A stretch of 64,000 nt of DNA from Bacteroidia bacterium (GTDB lineage: Bacteria; Bacteroidota; Bacteroidia; M30B66), in assembly GCA_018401705.1 (NCBI GenBank), contig JAGYKL010000008.1:11688-75687 (forward strand), in the 5' to 3' direction. Positions 58,656 to 64,000 of the stretch are shown one piece after another. The translations under genes and the position numbers were made by a program. A model generated the notes under the pieces. That model had not been told where the DNA came from and searched no databases. It worked only from the letters and a program-made list of their open reading frames with translations. Numbering within the stretch: position 1 is the stretch's first letter; every line of letters starts with the position of its first letter.

Positions 58656-59837
58656 ATGAGGTTATTATACAGCGACATCTTGATTCCTCTCGATCAAGCG
58701 CCCATACAAATGGGTATGTTGGTAGTTTCAGAATCAGGAAAGATTGAAGAAATTGTTAGCCCCAATAGCGAGAATTACAGCCTTGAGAATGCTCAGTATT
58801 ATGCAGGTGCGCTTATTCCGGGTTTTGTAAATGCTCATTGCCACCTAGAATTAAGCCACCTAAAAAACAAGGTCTCACGACATACTCAACTTGATGGTTT
58901 TGTTGAAGAATTAATGTCGGTAAGGTCTGCTTCGCAGGAAGAAATTTCATCTTCTATGAAGGCCGCTGAAGAAGAACTTTTTACAAAAGGATGCGTGGCT
59001 GTTGGTGATATTTCTAACGGCAGTGCATCATTTCAAATCAAGCAAGGCTCAAAAATTCAGTTTCATACATTTATTGAACGATTTGGCCTTTCGGCCGATG
59101 TTGCCTCGAGAAGCTTTGAATCTGGCATCTCTCTCCTCAATTCGCTTCAGGAATTGAACTTGAATGGAAGTTTGAGTCCACACGCTCCTTATTCGGTTTC
59201 GGATAAGCTGATTGACATGATAATCGAACATTGCCTTGATAATCATTCGATTATGACCATACATCATCAAGAAAGTCATTCAGAAAACGATTTGTTCCAG
59301 TCTGGCCAAGGGCCTATGTTAGAGCGCTTTCAGCGGATGGGCATTTCAGCCAGCGGATTTAACGCAAAAGGCAAAAGCTCTGCATCTTGGCTGGCAGATA
59401 GAATTCATACAAATCAAAAAATCATGCTTGTTCATAATACATTTTCTAACAGGGAAGATGTGCAAGCAATTCATGTAAAAACAAAAAATGCATACTTCTG
59501 TCTTTGTCCAAAAGCGAATCTTTATATCAGCAATGCATTACCTAATTTAAACATGCTTCTCGAAGAAGAATGCGAATTGATTATTGGCACCGATAGTCTT
59601 GCCTCTAATGATTCTTTAGATATGTTAGATGAATTAAGAACAATTCAAAATGCATTTCCTTCAATTTCGAGTCCTGACTTATTTCGTTGGGCTTGCCTAA
59701 ATGGCGCAAAAGCTATGGGAATGGAAAATAATCTGGGAAGTTTCAGCATCGGCAAAACGCCCGGAATTGTGAATATTTCAAACTTCAATGCTAAAGAAAT
59801 GTTAATTCTTCCCGAAAGTGAGGCACGCATAGTTTGA
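58656..59837 (+). CDS. Amidohydrolase-family nucleoside deaminase (MTA/SAH or aminodeoxyfutalosine deaminase-like)
   Basis: PGFVNAHCHLELS, SPHAPYSVS, H..ES, VHN, CPKAN, GTDSLASN. Confidence 0.82.
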   Translation: MRLLYSDILIPLDQAPIQMGMLVVSESGKIEEIVSPNSENYSLENAQYYAGALIPGFVNAHCHLELSHLKNKVSRHTQLDGFVEELMSVRSASQEEISSSMKAAEEELFTKGCVAVGDISNGSASFQIKQGSKIQFHTFIERFGLSADVASRSFESGISLLNSLQELNLNGSLSPHAPYSVSDKLIDMIIEHCLDNHSIMTIHHQESHSENDLFQSGQGPMLERFQRMGISASGFNAKGKSSASWLADRIHTNQKIMLVHNTFSNREDVQAIHVKTKNAYFCLCPKANLYISNALPNLNMLLEEECELIIGTDSLASNDSLDMLDELRTIQNAFPSISSPDLFRWACLNGAKAMGMENNLGSFSIGKTPGIVNISNFNAKEMLILPESEARIV

Positions 59838-59897
59838 TTGCTTAAACTTGCAGGTTAATCACTTCTCCTCCCAACTGAAAAGTGATTGATTATTGTG

Positions 59898-62846
59898 ATG
59901 GATGATTTTCAACTGATTTTTACCTTCTTTCGCCAACCTTCGTATGGCTTGAGTTTAGAGGCTTTTCTTGTTAAAATACTGGAGAACAAAACATTCTCCT
60001 ACCAATATCAAAGGCTTGTTTACGAAAGAATGGGCGATTATGATTATCCATTTACTGAAGCTCAAAAGAAGGTTTTAAGAAAGATAAGTGAGTTAAGTCC
60101 GAAAAGTATTGAGACACAATTCAACAAAAAGAAGCTAAAGTCAAATATTTTCCTTGAGAAACTTGCTACTAACGAGGAGCAGCTTAAAATGCTGTCTTCA
60201 TACTTCGACCGCAGACTAGCGGCTTGTTTAGACCTACTTAAGGGCGAAAAGGTATACTGGCGCGAAAGAGCAAGCGACCATCCGGGTATGGAAGAGTATC
60301 TTATTGAAAGTGACGCAGCAGAGGTTACCTACTTTTTCGATAAGGAAGAAGAGGGCATCAATTACAAATTGAATGTAACTCATCAAGGTAAGCAACTTAA
60401 TCTTCAGCATCCAGGCACTCAAGTTCTTGCTCATAACCCCTGCTGGTTGCTAAACAACGGAAAGATTTATCATTTTAATGATACAACCGACGGTTCTAAA
60501 CTTAGTCCCTTTTTGAAGTCAGAGCAACTTCATATTCCCGGAAAACTAGCTGATAAATTCCTGGAATCTTTTATGCTCAAGACTTCCAGAAAATTCAAAG
60601 TTCAATATAGCGGTTTCGATGTAAGAACTGAGCCAGAGAGCCAGTCGGCAATGTTGTCTTTAGGCTCCGACTTAGATGGAAAGCCCATTATTCAGTTAAG
60701 TTTTAAATACGATCGATTTGTTGTTACAGCAGCTCAAGAGCAACCTACCTTAGTGGCTGTTCAAAAAAGCGAGCCTGGCATAAAGCTTTTGAGGTTTTCA
60801 AGAGATAAAGATTACGAAGCCGCAAAATTAAACTCAGCGCTCGAGCTCGGTTTAAAACCGCTTAGGCCGTCATGGTTTTTACCTGATGTATTATTTGAAT
60901 CAAATGTCACCGAAGAATTAATTGTTGATTGGTTTTCTCAAAACAAAGAAAAAATAAAAGAGGCAGGATTAGAATATTCTCTTATTCACAAGGAAGCAGA
61001 ATATGTTGCCAGTCTGCCGGTTTTGAAGAACGTTCAGATAAATCAAAACTCCGATTGGTTTGATGTGAAAGCCATGGTAGACATTGATGGGGTACTTTTC
61101 CCCTTTATCCGTTTTAGAAGAAACATCATCGACAGAGACCGCAGCTTCAAACTTCCTAATGGGAAATATGTGCTTTTGCCTGAAGAGTGGTTTGCTCAAT
61201 ATTCAGATTTGTTTGAGTTTGGAGAACATCATAATGATGAACTTAGGCTTCACAAACAGCATCAAGGTTTATTGAATGACCATCCCATTTTGTCTGGAAT
61301 GCTTACTTCCAACATCAGTGAGGAAAAGTCGGCAATTTACCTTCAGGAGCAGAATCTCAATGCCGAAATCCCTGAACATCTAGAAGCAAAGCTTCGCGAT
61401 TACCAAATCAAAGGATACAGGTGGATGCATAATCTATCTAACAAAGGTTTAGGCGCATGCCTTGCCGATGATATGGGATTAGGTAAAACCCTTCAGGTAA
61501 TAACATTACTACTTAAAAGCAGTCAAGCTCCCGAATCCCATGAAGAAAGCCAGAATTCTGTAAAACAAGAAGGCAGAAATCTCGAGCTTTTTTCCTCGCT
61601 TTCTTCCGGAAAAACATCACTCGTAGTAATGGCTCCTTCGCTGATTTACAACTGGGAGAATGAGTTGAGAAAGTTTGCCCCTACTCTTCACGTAAGAAAA
61701 CATCTTGGTCAAAGAAGACGCAATGATTTAGATTTCTTCACCAATGCTGATGTTATTTTGACAACATACGGCATTGTTCGAAACGACATCTCTTTCCTCA
61801 ATAAAATTAAGTTTGAGCATATTGTGCTAGACGAAAGTCAACTCATTAAAAATGCCCGCTCAGCCAGTTTTCAAGCGGTTCGTCAGCTAACAGCTAAACA
61901 AAGACTCGTTCTTACCGGAACACCTGTAGAAAATTCCCTAACCGACCTTTGGTCGCAGTTAACATTTCTTCAGCCAGGTTTATTGGGTAGCCAAAAGTAT
62001 TTCAAGCAAGAGTTTGTTGTTCCTATTGAGCAACAACAGGATGAAGCAAAACTTGATAAACTCAAAAAAATCATTCAGCCTTTCATTCTTCGTCGAACTA
62101 AAGAAGAAGTAGCCCCCGAGCTTCCTGAATTAAGTCGAAGGGTTTACTATTGCGAAATGTCTGATGTACACCGAAAGTTCTATGAAGAACAAAAGTCGAT
62201 TTATCGAAATAAAATTCTTGAAAGCGTTAATAAATCAGGCATCGAAAAGAGTCAGATGTTAATTCTTAGAGGATTGTCGCATCTTCGTCAAATTGCTATT
62301 CACCCAAAACTGGTTGATTCTGCCTATGAAGGCGATTCTGCTAAGATTGAACAAGTTAAGTTTGTTCTAAACCAGCTCAAACAAAGCGATAAGAAGGTCT
62401 TGATGTTCTCTCCTTTCGTGAGACATTTGAATCTTTACAAAAATCATTTTCAAGATGCATCTTTACCTCATGCATACTTAACTGGTGAGATTCCTCAAAC
62501 ACAACGAGCTGATGTTGTTAAGAATTTTGAGCTCACTAAAGGCTACACAGCATTCCTTATCCAACTAAAAACTGGAGGGTCTGGACTAAATCTCACTCAT
62601 GCAGATCACGTATTTCTTCTTGACCCTTGGTGGAACCCGGCAGCCGAAGAACAGGCTATTGCCAGATCGCACCGTATGGGACAAAAATTTCCTGTGTTTG
62701 CTTGGAGGTTTATTACAAAAGATACAATTGAAGAGAAAATCCTCCATTTGCAAGAAAAGAAGTCACGCTTAGCAAGTGATATTCTAGAAAAGACATCGGC
62801 AGTTGGCAGAATTTCTAAGACTGAGCTTGACGAGCTTTTTTCTTAA
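59898..62846 (+). CDS. SNF2-family helicase/ATPase
   Basis: LRDYQ..G, LADDMGLGKT, LDESQ.IKN, LTGTPVEN, FILRRTK, DPWWNP..EQA..RSHRMGQ. Start either 59886 (TTG) or 59898 (ATG). Confidence 0.95.
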   Translation: MDDFQLIFTFFRQPSYGLSLEAFLVKILENKTFSYQYQRLVYERMGDYDYPFTEAQKKVLRKISELSPKSIETQFNKKKLKSNIFLEKLATNEEQLKMLSSYFDRRLAACLDLLKGEKVYWRERASDHPGMEEYLIESDAAEVTYFFDKEEEGINYKLNVTHQGKQLNLQHPGTQVLAHNPCWLLNNGKIYHFNDTTDGSKLSPFLKSEQLHIPGKLADKFLESFMLKTSRKFKVQYSGFDVRTEPESQSAMLSLGSDLDGKPIIQLSFKYDRFVVTAAQEQPTLVAVQKSEPGIKLLRFSRDKDYEAAKLNSALELGLKPLRPSWFLPDVLFESNVTEELIVDWFSQNKEKIKEAGLEYSLIHKEAEYVASLPVLKNVQINQNSDWFDVKAMVDIDGVLFPFIRFRRNIIDRDRSFKLPNGKYVLLPEEWFAQYSDLFEFGEHHNDELRLHKQHQGLLNDHPILSGMLTSNISEEKSAIYLQEQNLNAEIPEHLEAKLRDYQIKGYRWMHNLSNKGLGACLADDMGLGKTLQVITLLLKSSQAPESHEESQNSVKQEGRNLELFSSLSSGKTSLVVMAPSLIYNWENELRKFAPTLHVRKHLGQRRRNDLDFFTNADVILTTYGIVRNDISFLNKIKFEHIVLDESQLIKNARSASFQAVRQLTAKQRLVLTGTPVENSLTDLWSQLTFLQPGLLGSQKYFKQEFVVPIEQQQDEAKLDKLKKIIQPFILRRTKEEVAPELPELSRRVYYCEMSDVHRKFYEEQKSIYRNKILESVNKSGIEKSQMLILRGLSHLRQIAIHPKLVDSAYEGDSAKIEQVKFVLNQLKQSDKKVLMFSPFVRHLNLYKNHFQDASLPHAYLTGEIPQTQRADVVKNFELTKGYTAFLIQLKTGGSGLNLTHADHVFLLDPWWNPAAEEQAIARSHRMGQKFPVFAWRFITKDTIEEKILHLQEKKSRLASDILEKTSAVGRISKTELDELFS

Positions 62847-62910
62847 TCCCACCTTCGGTGGAGTATAGAAAATATCTACGAAAAGACTAGTTTAGCAAAA
62901 ATCTCTTTGT

Positions 62911-64000
62911 ATGACCCAATCCGCAACTAGGAAACACCCTAAGGCTCTCCCTTTTCTGTTTTTCACCGAAATGTGGGAACGTTTCGGGTTCTATCTAATG
63001 ATAGGAATCTTCCAGCTTTATATGACGGCCCCTCTCGCTGAAGGAGGTTTAGCTTTCGACAGAAAAGACGCTGCCGATATCTATGGAACTTTTATTGCCT
63101 TTGTGTTTCTAACTCCCTTTTTGGGAGGAATGCTTGCCGACAGGGTACTCGGCTACGGACGCTCCATCTACATTGGAGGTACTTTAATGGGCCTGGGATA
63201 TTGCGGTTTAGCCCTCGACGGAATGACTTCCTTCTATATTTCACTCTCACTAATCATACTTGGAAACGGTTTTTTCAAACCCAATATTTCAGCTCTTCTG
63301 GGTAATTTATATTCTGAAGACCAGTTCAAGGCAAATAAAGATAGTGGCTACAACATTTTCTACATGGGCATAAATATAGGTGCTCTGGTGTGCAATTTTT
63401 TTGCGGCATTTATGCGAAATAGATTTGGCTGGGAATTCGCTTTCCTTACTGCAGGTATCGGAATGTTTATAGGTCTAATCATTTTTGCCTTAGGCACTAG
63501 GCATTACAAACATGCTGATATTATCAAAAAAGCTGAAAAAGAAGACATGTCGGTAATGCGGATTCTAACAGTTGTGTTGCTGCCAGCCATTGCCGTAGGC
63601 ATTGGCGGATGGTTAATTCCCGGTAATATTTTAGGCTCTGACTCAACAGATGCTTTCATTTTTGCTGCTATTCCGGTCGTAATTTTCTATGTCTCTCTTT
63701 GGGTTAGAGCTTCTGAAAAAGACAAGCGCCCGATTGCTGCATTACTTGCTATTATGGCTGTTAGCGTAATGTTCTGGGCGGTATTTAAACAAAATGGAAC
63801 TGCATTAACCACCTGGGCGCAGTTTTATACCGACCGTGAAATGCCAGCTGCTATTTCAGAAACTGCTGAAGACCTTTATCTTGCTCAAACATTAGTTAAC
63901 AAATCTGACTCTGTGCCTCACTATAACAATGAATTTCAGCTGGTTAAAGTGAATGGTATGGCAGAAAAAATATGGGATAAACCTGTCTACTTCAGAAATG
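62911..64000 (+). CDS. POT-family proton-dependent oligopeptide MFS transporter, 5' part (runs off window edge)
   Basis: Translated by hand: MTQSATRKHPKALPFLFFTEMWERFGFYLM...GGMLADRVLG...GNGFFKPNIS...FYMGINIG, i.e. ExxERF and PTR2 motifs. Not in the ORF track. Confidence 0.93.
   Translation, partial: MTQSATRKHPKALPFLFFTEMWERFGFYLMIGIFQLYMTAPLAEGGLAFDRKDAADIYGTFIAFVFLTPFLGGMLADRVLGYGRSIYIGGTLMGLGYCGLALDGMTSFYISLSLIILGNGFFKPNISALLGNLYSEDQFKANKDSGYNIFYMGINIGALVCNFFAAFMRNRFGWEFAFLTAGIGMFIGLIIFALGTRHYKHADIIKKAEKEDMSVMRILTVVLLPAIAVGIGGWLIPGNILGSDSTDAFIFAAIPVVIFYVSLWVRASEKDKRPIAALLAIMAVSVMFWAVFKQNGTALTTWAQFYTDREMPAAISETAEDLYLAQTLVNKSDSVPHYNNEFQLVKVNGMAEKIWDKPVYFRN

Noticed and set aside
47000-64000. 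Impression of a GC-skew switch (replication terminus) toward the right end
   Set aside because: Hand counts on sample lines were inconsistent and confounded by gene strand, and I found no convincing dif site. A cumulative skew plot would be needed.
1-64000. CRISPR arrays, IS/transposases, integrases, prophage genes, tRNA/rRNA, programmed frameshifts
   Set aside because: Intergenic gaps are all under about 250 nt and show no repeat-spacer pattern or tRNA cloverleaf. The long ORFs appear intact and none resembles a mobile-element protein.

Overview
A gene-dense, AT-rich chromosomal segment from a free-living Bacteroidota bacterium. The lineage call rests on TAnnTTTG -7 promoters, T9SS sorting domains and typical Bacteroidota gene order such as CBS-nadK-DUF6089 and lptD/amidase-mlaD-FeS. 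It holds about 56 CDSs, mostly core genes (nadK, pdxJ, trpS, mpl, rho, lpxD-like, lptD, rpmE2, lon, ndh, dusB, thiL, icd, recJ, metF, rlmN). It also has a wzx-wzz-ligase/polymerase module, a crtD-cruF-crtZ-crtY carotenoid operon, a T9SS NIDO protein and an SNF2 helicase. I saw no tRNA, rRNA, CRISPR, IS, integrase or phage genes. The most interesting signals are non-coding: (i) sigma54-type GG-N10-GA promoters with TG(A/C)C-N5-GTCA boxes, phased at exactly 31 bp, shared by hsp20/yugP and lon, a candidate Bacteroidota proteostasis regulon; (ii) an orphan minus-strand promoter and terminator defining a ~75-nt candidate sRNA before trpS; (iii) two related perfect 18-bp palindromes; (iv) apparently leaderless genes; (v) a C-rich rho leader. 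Protein-level points of interest are a Q/N prion-like Rho insert, a membrane-anchored J-domain protein between LPS genes, a split EtfD/EMO-like oxidoreductase and a close alkylglycerol-monooxygenase homolog. All calls come from reading the sequence and recognising motifs; no database searches were run.
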